64,000 bases of DNA from Heteronotia binoei (taxonomy: Eukaryota): assembly GCF_032191835.1 (NCBI RefSeq), contig NC_083233.1, positions 23,064,001 to 23,128,000 on the forward strand, given 5' to 3'. How positions within the stretch are numbered: the first letter of the stretch is position 1; each line of letters opens with the position of its first letter. Positions 33,868 through 47,487 of this stretch are shown here, piece after piece. Made by a program: the position numbers and the translations under genes. The notes beneath the pieces are model-generated. The model was not told the origin of the DNA. It saw only the letters and a list, made by a program, of their open reading frames with translations, and made no database searches.

Positions 33868-36800
33868 CCTTTGAGTAATGTAAAGAGATAAACGCCTTCT
33901 CCAAGCCAGCCAATGGGGCAATGGGGGCTTCAAGAGCCACACAATGTGTGTGAAAGAGCAACATGTGGCTCCCGAGACACAGTTTGGCCACCTTTGGTTT
34001 TCATCAACCACATGTCCAAAGCAGAATGAGATGTGCTCAGTGGTGGGAGGTTCTGCTTCACTGCCGAAGGGTGAAGATTGGTCCTTAGGGGGAAAGGATG
34101 GTGACCTCTCTCTCATCCTGGTACAGATGGTGAGACCGCTGCCGACTTCCCTGCAATTGAGACAGCGTAATGGTCGGAAGCCTGCAAAAGAGATTCTTTC
34201 CATTGGAAACTTTATCAGATGATTCTGGTGCTAATGAGAAGACGACGAGTGCAGCTGTATCTGACAAGATCCTGCAGGGGTGGAACAGAGGTTTCCTCAG
34301 GGGCAAGCTACAGTTTGGCTTCGTAACCATGGTTTTGTAAACAGCAGGGTCTCGGGGCTGGATTCCGTGGACCCAACTCAGGTTCCCTCCAGCCAGGGCC
34401 AGATTAACAATTAGGCCAACTAAGCACTGGCCTATTGGGTCCCACATCTTTAGGGGCCCTGGGACGGTTTCCCCCCTGCTTGCAGCCCTCCCAGCAACTG
34501 AGTATCTCTGCCCGACTCGCCTGTTGCGGCTGCTGCTGGCATCATCACCAAGTTTGCCTCTCTCTGCCTCTCCCCCCCAGTTTCGTCAAAGGGGCTTTTG
34601 AGAAGGTGCCGCAGATGGGGCCATGGGTGGCAGGGCGGGAGCTCCGACTCAAGAGATAATTTGCAAGGGGGCCCCCGAGATTTTGACTGCCGAGGGGCTT
34701 CTGCAGGGTTTAATCCGGCGCTGCGAGGCTCCAACCACGCAGCAGCAGTAGAAAAAAAAATTAACACAAAAAATAAAGGAGAGCCCTAATGGGCTTGAAG
34801 CGCTGCTGTGCAGCGGCACAGCTCCTGCCTCCTCCCAAACCATATTCCCGTGCTAAAACAATGCTCGGGGGAGGGAATTATCTCCCATTTTGCATGCTCC
34901 ACGTGTATAGAATACATGCTGCATTCAGATTGCGTTCAGTCAAGGGAAATGTGCAGTTTGGCCTTCTTTAGTTGGTTCAGCAGGTGATCTCTTTGGAAAA
35001 AGTATAGAACTTGGGCAGCTCCATCTCTTGATCTGCGCTCTTCCCCAATCTAGTTGGTTAGGCTTTCTCTGTCAACCGTGCACATTCACACACACCGCTC
35101 TAATGAAGATGCAATGAACTCAAGTGTGGACGGTAAGTGGGAGTTGCAAGCATTAAAGCGTGCCATGCCATGCAAGACAAGACCGATTGATTAGTATGTG
35201 TGCTGCTGAGTGGGCTACATCTGTTAGCATGCAGATTGTTGTAAGAATAATTCCTACAGAGATGGAAAGCTTCTTTGCTGCTATTCATAGTTCGTGCACG
35301 GAAACCAGATCTGCAGCGTGCATAAATTAGGCATGTATTTGACTGGTTTTGTTTAATTCTGCTTTTTGCCGTGCAGGATGCAGAAAATATACAGACCGCC
35401 GATGGCTTGGGAAGCTGCATGTCCTTCCTGATGCCTCCTAAGATTTAACAGGGTCCTGGCTTATCTGGACATTTTTTAATCTGTGCAGTTTTAAGAACTA
35501 GGAATTCTTTAAAATCAAACTTGAGAATCTCAAGCTACTGAATTCTTCATGTAGTGCCAATTTCTGCATGTACCTGACTGCAGAAGACCAACAAACTAGG
35601 CCAGGGGTGAAACTCATTTGTTACGAGGGCCAGATCTGGCATAACTGAGACCTTGTTGGGCCAGTCCATGTCAGGCTGGGCCATGTGTGTACCTATTTAA
35701 GATTAGGTAGCAAAGATATCAATTTTATAAAGGAGACAGGAAAACACAAATATATTTTTTTAAAAACTTAAAACATACTTAAAAACATTAGTACTCATTG
35801 GTCATAAAGATGCTTTCTTTGTATTTTGCCCATGGAATCCAGGGAACTAGGCAAAGGAAGCTCTGGCTCTTTCCTTCCTTCCCCAGGGAACGGGGGGGGG
35901 GGGGGGGGGGAGTCTCAGCCAATAGAAGGAAGAGAGACTTGACTCAGTAGCTCTGCTGTGCCATTGAGAGAGCCTGGCAAAACAAGCTATTCCTCCCCCC
36001 CCCTTCCTCCCCAAGGAAGGAGCCTCAGCCAATGAAGAAAACAGAGGCTTTGCTCTGTAGCTCCTGTGCAATTGAGCAAGTCTTGCAAAGCAAGCTGTTA
36101 TGCACAGGGAAGCAAGAGAGAGGGAGAATGAAGCAGATGACAGCCAGTTGCTCATGGGCCTGATAGGAGCCCTCTGGGGGCCTGATTCGACCCCCGAACT
36201 GCACGTTTGACACCTAGGCTGTACTGAAACGAAGACTGATTCACCTCACAACCCATAGGGCCCCCTGCGCACCATCCCGCCAGCCGGTTCCACTAATTTA
36301 TCTAAGGAAGAACTGATTTCCCACACATGAAATTGGCATCAGCTGGCTCAGAGAATATGCATTGCATTCCATTCCTCTGCCTTCCTGGGTAGTGTTTCTG
36401 CAGGTTCACTGAGTTCAGGACTTTCTGGCAGCTGGCTGGGCTATTTATAGATGGGAGGGGGGCTAACTAGCATATAAAGCAAGACAAAGGACTGCATCTT
36501 CCCTCCCCCACTGCAAAGTCAGCCTAACACCTGCCACTTCCCCCCCCCCCATGGTAGTAGCCGCTTGGTGGACCCCAGCATCATTTTTCAGGGTGGGTTC
36601 TGTATGAATGTTGAACCTCCCCCTTTTCCCATTTTTTCATTCTCATTTCAGAAAGAAAAAGGTCACCTTTTGTTTCTTAAGATGACAGAACCAGGCCATG
36701 GCATGGAAACAGGCCTTCAGCTTGAATCCTGGCCACTGAATAGGGAGAATGTGAACCGGAGAACATTCTCCACTCTGACTTTTCACTATTTGTAGTCCTT

Positions 36801-37488
36801 GACTTCTTAGCATAGAGATCGTGTCTTCTTTTTCCTTCTTCAGTGGCACCTTATGTTGGATTAACACTGTTTGGTAACACCAGGAGTGAGCTTTCAAATA
36901 ACGTGGGATTTGTTTCCTTCAGCCCCTGGCTGCTATAATAATATCGTGGGTTCAACGCAAGGAAGAGGCGAGGTGGTAGTGATCATAGCTCTTTTTATTC
37001 AGCACAGCATAGTATAGGGCTGCACTCTAAGACTGCCAACGGGGCGAACGTATATACACTCAGGGTTCCCATGCAAGCATGTTATTGGATCATTCAAACC
37101 AGCAGGGGGGCCGTGATTGGAGCAGGGCAGCAGAGGTTTGGATCCAACTGCCCGTTGTTCCCGGGTCCCCAAGCTCAGTCCTACAGACTCCAATGAGCCA
37201 GGCAGGAATGTCAATATATACACACAATACAGATCAACATACACAACAGGTACTGAGCAAAAGCCAAGGTGTTGGGGAGGGCAGAGGGGTAGAGTGGGTG
37301 CTTTGCCTGCATAAGATTCCAAGTTCAGTTTCTCTCTGCTTTGTTGACACCCCACCTTCCTCCCCAGCAGGGATCCAAAGTAACTTAGACTGAGCATTCT
37401 CCCATCTTCTGTTTTATCCTTGCAACAGCAGCCCTGTCAGGTAGATTAGGCTGAGAGGGGTGACTAACCAGGACCTTTTTTTGAGCAA

Positions 37489-37780
37489 GAAGAAGAGAAG
37501 ATGATGATATTGGATTTATATCCTGCCCTCCACTCCGAATCTCAGAGTCTCAGAGCAGCTCACAATCTCCTTTATCTTCCTCCCCCACACAACAAGACAC
37601 CCTGTGAGGTGGGTGGAGCTGAGAGCGCTCTCACAACAGCTGCCCTTTCAAGGACAACCTCTGCCAGAGCTATGGCTGACCCAAGGCCATTCCAGCAGCT
37701 GCAAGTGGAAGAGTGGGGAATCAAACTCAGTTCTCCCAGATAAGAGTCCACGCACTTAACCACTACACCAAATTGGCTCT
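37489..37780 (-). mobile_element. tRNA-derived SINE copy
   Basis: Reverse complement of the 3773 family. Confidence 0.85.
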
Positions 37781-39375
37781 CATAGGGACACAGTTCCAGC
37801 TGTCTCAGCTTGGGGTGGGGGGGGGTGGGGCTAATATGCATTTCTTCTCAGTAAGACCTTGGGAAACTAATGCTAGTCAGTCCAAGGGCTTGCCATGCAG
37901 TGTTCCCTCTAAGCTGCAGAGTCTTGTGAGCAAAAATTCTACTTTGTGAGCTACTGCATAAATTATTGTGCTCTGGGGTCATCCTTTCTGAGCTAAGTCA
38001 AAAATGTGTGAGCTAGATGCTAAACATCTGTGAGTTAGCTCACACTAACTCAGCTTAAAGGGAACACTGTTGCCATGTTAGTCCATTACATCAAAACAAA
38101 ACAGAAGTCTATGACTGCCACAGGGGCACCTTAAAGGCTAACAGCATTTATTCCAGGTGGGTAACCATGCTGGTCTGGTGCTTGGGGGGGGCACAGTGGA
38201 AGGGCTTCTAGCCCCACTTGTGGACCTCCTGATGGCACTTGGGGTTGTTTGTTTGTTTTATTTTGTTTTTGTGGCCCTTGTTTGACACAAAGTGTTGGAC
38301 TGGATGGGCCACAGGCCTGATCCAACATGGCTTCTCTTATTATGTTCTTATTTGATCTTTATCTTATGGGTGTGGGGGAGTGTTACCAAGACCCGCCCCC
38401 CCCCTCCTACCTAGATGTGTGCTGTCTGCCCTGATTCCATCCTTCCTAAATGTGCCTCGACAGCCATGTTATAGGAGTTAGCAATGCCTTGCTTTGGGGG
38501 AGATGAGGTCAAAGCTGTCCTCAGGCTATGCTAAAGAGTAACCAAAATGTTGGGCAGATTCATGGTGGTTTTGGATTCATGGATGGGGCATTTGCATACC
38601 TATCCATTGCCCCAGAAGCTTGCAAAGCCAAGTACCTTCCTTAATCTATTGAGATAATTTCATCAGCAAATCCAAGTCTTCCTGATTGTGAAATCTAATC
38701 CCTATCCAGTTGTCAGATGAGCTGATTACCTTTTGTTGACCTTCCCTGAATAGATTGGATCTGGGAATGTTCAGTCTGGAGAAGAGAAGGTTGGCGGTGG
38801 GGGGGGGGGCATGATTGCTCTCTTTTAAGTATTTGAAGGACGGTCACTTAGAGGAGGGCAGGGATCTCTTTCTGTGCTGGCAGCAGAGAAGAGGACTCTC
38901 AATAATGGATTTGAATCAAGGGTGGGAAGCAATGTTCCCTCTAAGCCAGAGGTCCCCAACCACCACCCCCACCTCAGGCCCTGGACAGGTCCCGGTCCCC
39001 AAAAGGTTGGGAGCCACTGCTCTAAACTGAGTTAGTGTGAGCTAGCTCACTGGTTTTGAGCCTCCAGCTCACACATTTTTGTCTTAGCTCAGGAAGGACG
39101 GCCCCAGAGCAAACTAATTTACGCAGTAGCCAAATTGCTTGCTTACAGCTTTAATTACCAGTAGCTCAGGAAGCAGAATTTTTGCACACAAGCTTAGGGA
39201 GAGCATTGGTGGGAAGGTACTGGTTGGATAGGTGGAAACAAATTTAATAGCAAGAGAGGTGTTCAGCAGTGGACTCAGCTACCTAGGGAGGTGGTGGGCT
39301 CCCCCTCCTTGGCACTTTAAGCAGCCTTGAGAGTTTGTCCTGCTGAATTCATGCCCTAGTAGCAAAGATAGTCGG

Positions 39376-40402
39376 TAGGGTTGCCAATTGTCAGGTGGGG
39401 GCAGGGGATCCCCCAATTTGGAGGCCCTTCCCCCCTTCAGGGTCTTCAGAAAGCGGGGGGGCGGGGGGAGGGAGGGAAATGTCTGCTGGGCACTCCATTA
39501 TTCCCTATGGAGACCTATTCCCATACAGCAGGGGTGGCCAACTGTAGCACTCCAGATGTTTTTTGCCTACAACTCCCATCAGCCCCAGCCAGCATGGCCA
39601 ATGGCTGGGGCTGATGGGAGTTGTAGGCAAAAAAACATCAGGAGCGCTACCGTTGGCCACCCCTGCCATAGGGTGTAATGAAGAATTGATCCTTGGTTAT
39701 CTGGGGTGGGAAGAACCCCATGGCACAGAGTGGTAAAGCTGTAGTACTGCACTCCGAGCTCTCTGCTCAGGACCTGAGTTCGATCCCTGCAGAAGCTGGA
39801 TTCAGGTAGCCGCCCAAGGTTGACTCAGCCTTCCATCCTTCCGAGGTCGGTAAAATGAGTACCCAGCTTGCTGGGGGAGAAAGTGTAGATGACTGGGGAA
39901 GGCAATGGTAAACCACCCCGTAAAAAGTCTGCCTGAAAACGTCGTGCTATGGCATCACCCCAGAGACGGAAACGACTGGTGCTTGCACAGGGGACTACCT
40001 TTACCTTTCTTTAAAATCTGGGGTGGGGGCTGTTTTTTGAGGTAGAGACACCAGATTTTCAGCATAGCATCTGATGCCTCTCCTCAAAACACCCTCTACG
40101 TTTCAAAAGGATTGGACCAGGGGTCCAATTCTGTGAGCCCCAAAAGAAAGTGCCCCTATCCTTCATTATTTCCAGTGGAGGGAAGGCATTTAAAAAGTGT
40201 GCAGTCCTTTTAAATGCGATGGCCAGAATCATAGCATTAGAAGGGACCTTCGGGGTCATCTAGTCCAACCCTCTGCACAATGCAGGACACTTTGGAGTTC
40301 AATTATGCTTATCACACCTTTGCTCCTGGCTCTACCCCCAGTGTCTCCTGGCTGAACCCTAAAAGTCCCCAGATATTTCTTGAATTGGACTTGGCAACGC
40401 GA
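39376..40402. mobile_element. TIR element (TAGGGTTGCCAA...TTGGCAAC) with nested MITE, Sauria SINE and CR1 fragment
   Basis: Termini tagggttgccaa / ttggcaacgcga; body matches 60394-60846; nested inserts at 39529-39665, 39711-40008 and about 40225-40290. Confidence 0.7.
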
Positions 40403-40630
40403 ATAGTGGGGGAGTCCGCCGAGCCCAGTTTCTTCCCCACCAGCGCAGGGCGGGCTCTAGGATCCAGGGGGCAGCGTTTACCGTGGAGCCGGCGGCGGGT
40501 TGGAGGGGGCGGGTCCTGAGGCCGAGCTGGCCACGTGCCGCCGCGGCAGCTCCTTCGCTTGTTGTCGCTGCGGGCGCTTTGCAAACTTTGCAGGCTGCTG
40601 CAGCCGGGCCGGAGCCGGGGTGGGCATTTT

Positions 40631-40665
<35 letters not shown>

Positions 40666-41100
40666 TTTTTTGCAGATCCCTCGCTGCTCTTCCCGTTTAT
40701 GCAAGCTCCCGCTAGCTGACCGCCGGCTGCTTTCTCACCCCAGCCTCTCCCAAAGTTGCAGCGGCGGCTCCGACCCGGGGGCGAGGGATCTGGGAAAGTT
40801 GGCGAGGATGTCGGCCGAGGAAGAAGGGATGCTGGTCCGCCCGTTCAAACTCATCGCGCTCCTCTGCGCCTTCATCGCGCTCGCCCTCGACGTGGCCGCC
40901 CTGCTCAGCCCGGCTTGGGTCACGTCGGAACGCGATTCCCTCTCCCTTTGGAAGACCTGCCGCCAGCCCCCGGAGGACTGGCTGTGCGTCTCCACTCTCC
41001 AGACCGGTAAGGGTGGGGTGGGAGGAAGCGGGGATGCGTGCGGGAAATGCAAGCAGGGGAATTCATTTCGTTTGGGAGGCACGCTAGGAGGCCCGCCTGC
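40400..41100 (+). promoter_or_regulatory. CpG island / promoter of the TMEM47-like gene
   Basis: CpG-dense; GC box gggggcggg near 40505, E-box CACGTG at 40532, (TC)n in the probable 5' UTR. Confidence 0.65.
40808..41006 (+). CDS. Transmembrane protein 47-like (PMP22/claudin superfamily) exon 1
   Basis: MSAEEEGMLVRPFKLIALLCAFIALALDVAALLSPAWVTSERDSLSLWKTCRQPPEDWLCVSTLQT+G|gtaagg; TM1 plus the W-LW-C-C signature; aligns by eye with TMEM47. Confidence 0.92.
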
Positions 41101-41208
41101 TGACAGATTGAGTTTAATTAAAGGCTGGTACCTCCTCCCACAGCCAGTTTGGTGTCGTGGCTAAGTTCGCGGACTCATATCTGGGAGAACCGGGTTTGAT
41201 TCCCCTCT

Positions 41209-41452
41209 TGAACATATGAACATATGAAGCTGCCTTATACTGAATCAGACCCTCGGTCCATCAAAGTCAGTATTGTCTACTCAGACTGGCAGCGGCTCTC
41301 CAGGGTCTCAAGCTGAGGTTTTTCATGCCTATTTGCCTGGACCCTTTTTAGTTGGAGATGCCGGGGATTGAACCTGGGACCTTCTGCTTACCAAGCAGAT
41401 GCTCTACCACTGAGCCACTGTCCTTCACTGTCCTACCACTGAGCCACTGTCC
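41209..41452 (-). mobile_element. Squam3-like SINE inserted into another tRNA SINE (41139-41660)
   Basis: tgaacatatgaagctgcc...gctctaccactgagccactgtcc; the host SINE resumes afterwards. Confidence 0.8.
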
Positions 41453-44400
41453 TCTCTTCCACTTGTAGCTGCTGGAATAGCCCTGGGTCAGCCATAGCTC
41501 TCGCAGAGCTGTCCTTGAAAGAGCAGCTTCTGGGAGAGCTCTCTCAGCCCCACCCACCTCACAGGGTGTGTGTTGTGGGGGAGGAAGATAAAGGAGATTA
41601 TGAACCAATCCGAGATTCGGAGTGGTGTGCGGAATATAAATCCAATATCATCGTCATCACCACTGCATTTGTGTAGCTGCTGGAATGGCCTCGGGTCAGC
41701 CATAGCTCTCGCAGAGTTGTTCTTGAAAGGGCAGCCACTGTAAGATCTTTCTCAGCCCAGCTACCTCACAGGGTGTCTATTGTGGGGGAAGGAGATAAAG
41801 GAAATTGTGAGCTGTTCTGAGATTCAGAGTGGAGGGCGGGATATAAATCCAAAATCGTCCTCTTCTTCTTTTTGATGGAGGCTCTGGGCCTTTCAACAAT
41901 TGCACGGCAGGCAGAAATTCTACAGGTGCCTATCCCTAGTGTGGATATTTAGTGGGGGGAGGGGATGTTTCTCCTAAGGAATGTCTGCTAACAGGCAAAT
42001 GGCCAGCCATCAAGATCCAGGAGAATTGCTCTGAGAAGAAGGAGCCAGCCCAACTGCTTCAGCAGCTGCTGGATTCTTTTCTTTTCTTTTTAAAAAATAA
42101 GCGATGAGCTTTCAGAGGAGGCTGCCTACTGTGCTTTCTAATCCCCGGATGCCTGGATTGGAGGGGGATGATTTCCCAGGGCCCAGTTCCTCTTTCATTA
42201 GTAGCCTGGAGGGGGGGGGGGGTTGCTCATGCCCTGAAATAAACTTTAGGCCACTTCAAATCACTATGTCCCCCCCCCTCCCAAAAAATCCCAGGGGCTG
42301 TGCGCTTTGAGATGACCAGCTGAGGACCGGCAGGCTCGAAGCTTGTATTTCGTGTAATGTTCTCAGATGCAAGATTCCCAGAGGTCATGAGTGCATGATG
42401 TGATGCAGTCTAAAGCTTATTTCTGGGCACACACACACATACACACACACTGCATTCGTAGGCAAAAAAGCACTGGACAGGAGGTGATGCAAGATTATGT
42501 CACAGGGGACAGTCCGCTGGTGGCAGGGCATGTGATCAGAGGTGGCTTTGAAGCTTTTCCTGTGCTTTTTTTGTTGGCTAAAGAACTGAGAACCAGGGAC
42601 CCACTTTGGCCTCAGTAAAGGACAGAGAACCACGTTCTAATACAGAGAACCCTCTTCTACACTGTGTGGCTTCATTCCGTTGCTTGAATCTCAGCACTTA
42701 AAACAGTTCCTAGGGTTAAGATGCTCTTCATCTCCGGAGTTGGCCTTGGGTTAGCCATGGCTCTCGTAGGAGTTGTCCTTGAAAGGGCAGCTTCTGTGAG
42801 AGCTTTCTCAAACTCACCCACCTCACTGGGTGTCTGTTGTGGGGGAAGAAGATAAAGGAGATCATAAGCCACTCTGAGTCTCTGATTCAGAGAGAAGGGC
42901 ACTCTGCACAGGCTCAGAGTCTCACTCCTGCCTTCTCTCTAATTGTAATTTCACATTCTGTATTGATTGCTTTGGCGCCATCAGATGCTATTTTGGGCTG
43001 TTTTAATTGGATGTGAAATTGTACAGCTCCTGTTGTTAACCACCCTGAGCTCTGTGAATTCAGAGAAGGGTGGTATATATAAATCAAAATTATAAACAAA
43101 CAAATAATACCAAGATGGCTATAGGTTTGGGGGCTGATCCAAACCCCAGATGAATCTTATGGGCACCAGGTGGTGTGTCTGTTAGTTAAGCCTAACTCTT
43201 GGAAGGGTTAAAGGGAAAGAATATCCTATAGGGACCGGGGCAAATGCGTTTTGCAAGGACAGCAAAACAGCTCTCTTTTGGCAGCTTCCAGGGAGTCTGC
43301 CTCTTGGCAACTTTAGCTCCTTGAGTTATTGTAATTCTGGAGCATCCCTTCCTTGTAGAGATGTTTTGCTTGTTCCTGGGAAAGGGTGGGGAAGGCTAGA
43401 AAGGAAGAAGCCTGAAAGAGCTAAATTCCCTCAGTGCAAAAAGAAGTGAGAAGCAACTAGACTGTGTGAAAGCAAAATAAATAAACACAATAAATTAAGT
43501 GCTGTCATATCCAACCCATCATCTGAAAACAAGCTGCTGCACTTCTGAATCTGCGGAAACTGCCAAGCAGTCTTCAAGAGTTAGTCCTAGCATAGCACAT
43601 GTTCCAGTAGTCCCTGGAGAATAAGGTAGACCTGTATTCTGGTTGCTGAAGGGGAATCTCTAAACTGGAGAAACAAGGTTTGATTCCCTGCTTTTCCACA
43701 TGAAGCCTGCTGGGTGACCTTGAGCCAGTCACAGTTCTCTCAGAACTCTCTCAGCCCCACCTACTTCACAAGGTGTTTGTTGTCAGGAGAGGAAGGGTAG
43801 GCTATTGTGAACCACTTTGAGGCTCCTTTGGGTAGAGAAAAGCAGGGTATAAAAACCAGCTCTTCTTCAAAGTTGCAGCCTTTGCTCCTTATGGAGACAG
43901 GTGAAGGGCAGTTCTGGTAATTGGCAACAGTCAGCGCTTGCAGGTGAAGTGATGGGTCCTGTAGTCAGTGCAGATTTGTGATCACTTCTCCTCAGTCTTA
44001 GAAAATATGATTCAGTAGGAGACTCTTGAAGATCCATGATTCAGTAGGGGATTCTAAAAAAGTTGAGTAGAGCAACAGTGCCAAGGGAGCAGTTAACCTT
44101 CCTGAGGTACTTTTTCTCTAGGCTAGTTTCCCCCACCTCAACTTTTTCTTTTCATTTTGTGTGACTTAGGGTTTTCTCTGGGGGATGGCTGTGATTTAGC
44201 TCAGGAAAAGGCCTTGGTGAAAGGATTTCAATACCTGCTTCTTGAGCACTGCTGCACCCTTGTGATTGCTTTTCTTTAGAAATTCCCATGTCACGTGGGA
44301 GATACAACATCAGTTTTCCCAACAGTGTCTTTTCTATCTCAGATTCCTAAAGTGTGAAGCCTGTTGTCCGTAACTCCTGTCTTGCTTACAATTCTGTTGG

Positions 44401-45083
44401 GTGGGCTTAGAGATTCTTCAGTGTGAGTTTGTCTAGTTAAAAAAACAAACAAGCCCAAGCTTCTCTCAGGGCAGATAAGTAACTAGACACAGCTTCAACT
44501 TTGCTGTTTGTCTTGGGTCAAAATGCAAGCCCATTGAGCTGAGAGGTTTGTGTCGCATTCTGCATTGCCAGGTTTATTTTTCTTGAGAGGAGGCAAGGCC
44601 TAGCCTGGTGTCTGGTCCTAGCCATCAGGAGTTACAAATCTGAGTGGAGGCGGGAAGGCAGCTGGGCAGTCTTGCTGCAAAGGAATTTGCCTTTCCTTTT
44701 TGTTAGCAGCCACTCAAGCATGGAGACCTGAAGGGGCAGGAGGGGAAATGTGTGTCCATTTGTCTCCTTTGCGGAGGACTGTTTAGTCTTGGATGCGGGA
44801 GGCGACAGATGTGCGGCATTTGCTAGTTGGCTTTGCACTCCAGAGCTCACATCTGTGATTTATGATGAGCTTTTCAGCTGACCACCTGCTTCCATAGCCA
44901 TCTACGCTCTCTTGCCCAGACACTGTGTTGGAGAAATGGGAGAAGTTGTGGGACTGGTTCCTTGTCTGCGTGCAGCTGAGCAGCCGAGGCATCCTCTTCC
45001 CAGCAGGCTGAAATTGGTTCCCAGGTTCTTATTTGCATTTATTATTTCCTTATTCATGAAACCCATCTCAAATACGGAGGAAT

Positions 45084-45253
45084 CAGGGTGGAATTCTAGC
45101 AGAAGCTCCTTTGCATATTAGGCCACATACCCCTGATGTAGCCAATCCTCCAAGAGTTTACAAGGTTCTTTTTTGTAAGCTCTTGGAGGATTGGCTACAT
45201 CAGGGATGTGTGGCCTAATATGCAAAGGAGCCACTGCTAGAATTCCACCCCTG
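45084..45253. mobile_element. Fully palindromic MITE (TIR CAGGGGTGGAATT)
   Basis: Arms of about 75 bp around ttctttt; approximate TSD cggaggat. Confidence 0.8.
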
Positions 45254-45444
45254 CGGAGGATGCTTAAAAAACTCTGCACCCCAAAATATGCTTTAGACTC
45301 AAGAGATATATTACACACACACACACCCATATACTGGGCCCTCTGCCCTGCCAGGGGACCAGTGCAGTTCCTAAGCAGGGTGCCTTCAGAACAAATGCAG
45401 ATTGGGGAATGGTGGTGGACTGTACCCCAAAATAATATTTGGAC

Positions 45445-45619
45445 CAGGGCTTTCTTTGTAGCAGGAACTCCTTTGCAGCATATGAGGCCACACACCTCTG
45501 ACATAGCCAACCTTCCTGGAGCTTACAGTAGGCCCTTCCTGTACATTCTTGGAGGATTGGCTACATCAGAGGTGTGTGGCCTGATATGCAAAAGAGTTCC
45601 TGCTACAAAAAGAGCCCTG
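45445..45619. mobile_element. Palindromic MITE (TIR CAGGGCTTT, same core)
   Basis: Exact TSD ATTTGGAC on both sides. Confidence 0.85.
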
Positions 45620-45629
45620 ATTTGGACCA

Positions 45630-46600
45630 CTCTGAATCACATCCCACACACATTCTATTTTTTAAATTCAAATGCTGTTGAAATTTATGTATCATATAAC
45701 TGAACTAAAGAAACCCAACAAAAAACTACATTTCCCTTAACAAGAAAAAAGCTATTCATCACATCAATTAGAAGTAAGGACAAATTGGTATCAAAACGAA
45801 GTGGGCATGTAAAAAAGACGGCATATTCTATATTGTGGTGTTAATTAATACCACAATACTAATCTGTAGGATATTCAAACCCTATTAACTTCTAATAAGA
45901 ATGTTGAATACAATTAGCATATTTTGGATTAGTTTGAATGTATTCTATAAAAGGAAACCAGCATTCAGCATATGATGATTTGCAGCTAGGTTTTCCCATA
46001 GCTTTGATTCAATCATAGTTTCCTGTACCAAAGTGAGACAGGAGGAAGATCTGAATTTTTCCAATAAGCGACCTTTTCTTTCTTTTTTTGCTGCATTAAG
46101 CAAAATATTTATAAGATTCGTTTCTGATCAGGGGAACTTCTGTAGTTTCCCATAATTGTAACAGGATTACCTCTGGACATATTGGGACTTTGCAATTTTC
46201 TCTGTGTGCAAAACAATGCAGCAACCTTGGGGCAGCTCCACCAGCAATGAATGGAAGCTTGCCCTTATGTCCGCATTGCCTCTTAACACATTGGAGAGTT
46301 ATTGGTATTCATAAAATGTCGTTTCTGAGGTGTATTGTACCAATTACGCCATTATTTTAAATGACAACATTTTTAATGTTAATGTAATATATGTGTTGGA
46401 GTGCCAGATCTTATTTCACCGTGGAGGAGAAATTTGTCATATTCCAGTTAGTTTCCCATTTGGTTTGATATGGCGCTACCTTATTCCCTTAAGTATGTAT
46501 CAGAATTCTGTCGATCTTGGGAATAAGACCCTTCTGACCTGTGATATGAGATTTCAATAGCAACTCAAAATACGCATTCTAGAGGACATGCGCTAGCGTC
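45630..46600 (-). mobile_element. L1/Tx1-type LINE ORF2 3' fragment, degraded
   Basis: Minus-strand HCWWSCPKV (46223-46249), the L1 ORF2 C-terminal Cys/His motif; AT-rich flanks. Confidence 0.6.
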
Positions 46601-47487
46601 TGGTCCAAACACTGGTTCTGGCACCAAGTACTTTGAGGCAGATCTCCAAAGAAGCTGCTAAGATTCTTTTGGGAAGATGGTTTGAATAAGGAAGAAGGAA
46701 CTGCTGCGTGCCCTCTGCACCGCAGGACTTTTTTTTTTTGTAGCAGGAACTCCTTTGCCTATTAGGCCACACACCCCTAATGTACCCCATCCTCCAGGAG
46801 CTTAAAGGGCTCTTAGTACAGGGCCTACTGTAAGCTCCAGGAGGATTGGCTACATCAGGGCTGTGTGGCCTAATATGCAAAGGAGCTCCTGCTACAAAAA
46901 AGCCCTGCAAAAACTCCATGGTAGTCTCCTATCCAAATAATAAGCAGGGCTGACCCTGTTTAGCTTCTGTGATCTAACGAAGTCATGCTACTCTGGGCCA
47001 TCCGGGTCACTTTCAATTTCAGCCTCCTCCCTCCCCCTACACGAGTGGGGGGTGGTGTGTGGAAGAAACATGGCCTGCTGCTTGGTTTCCCTGCCTCTTG
47101 ATGGGGCAATTGGGACTCAGAGCCAGTAGCAAGCTGTACCACCCACGGGGACTTAGTGTCCCAACTGGGACCTAGAGCCACTAGCAAGCTGCATTAGGAA
47201 GGACTGGTTTCCTACCTGCAGTTACATTGCTTGATTTCCCCTCTCCCTTCCATTTGCCGGCTTGCAGCTGCATGATGGGAACTGATAGCTGATGCAGCAG
47301 AGCAGAGACATAGTCACAAATCAGCAGGTTTGACTCTCACCTCTGTCCTGAACTCATAGGTGGCCATTCTCTCTCAGCAAGACAATGGATGTGCAAGGGC
47401 TTTGAACGGTTCGTAGTATATTAATGTTACATGTTACTCTCATAACTTAAGCCGGTATCTTGTGTCACTCGTCAAAGCAACAAAGCC

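Noticed and set aside
33315-34203. Long ORFs (135-217 aa) on the minus strand
   Set aside because: They are translations of the GC-rich 59-bp minisatellite and flanking MITE; repetitive peptide with no gene structure.
40535-40807. N-terminal extension of the TMEM47-like ORF in the track (209 aa)
   Set aside because: It starts at a GTG and crosses a (TC)n repeat. The first ATG (40808) matches the family N-terminus, and the ORF tail runs past the splice donor.
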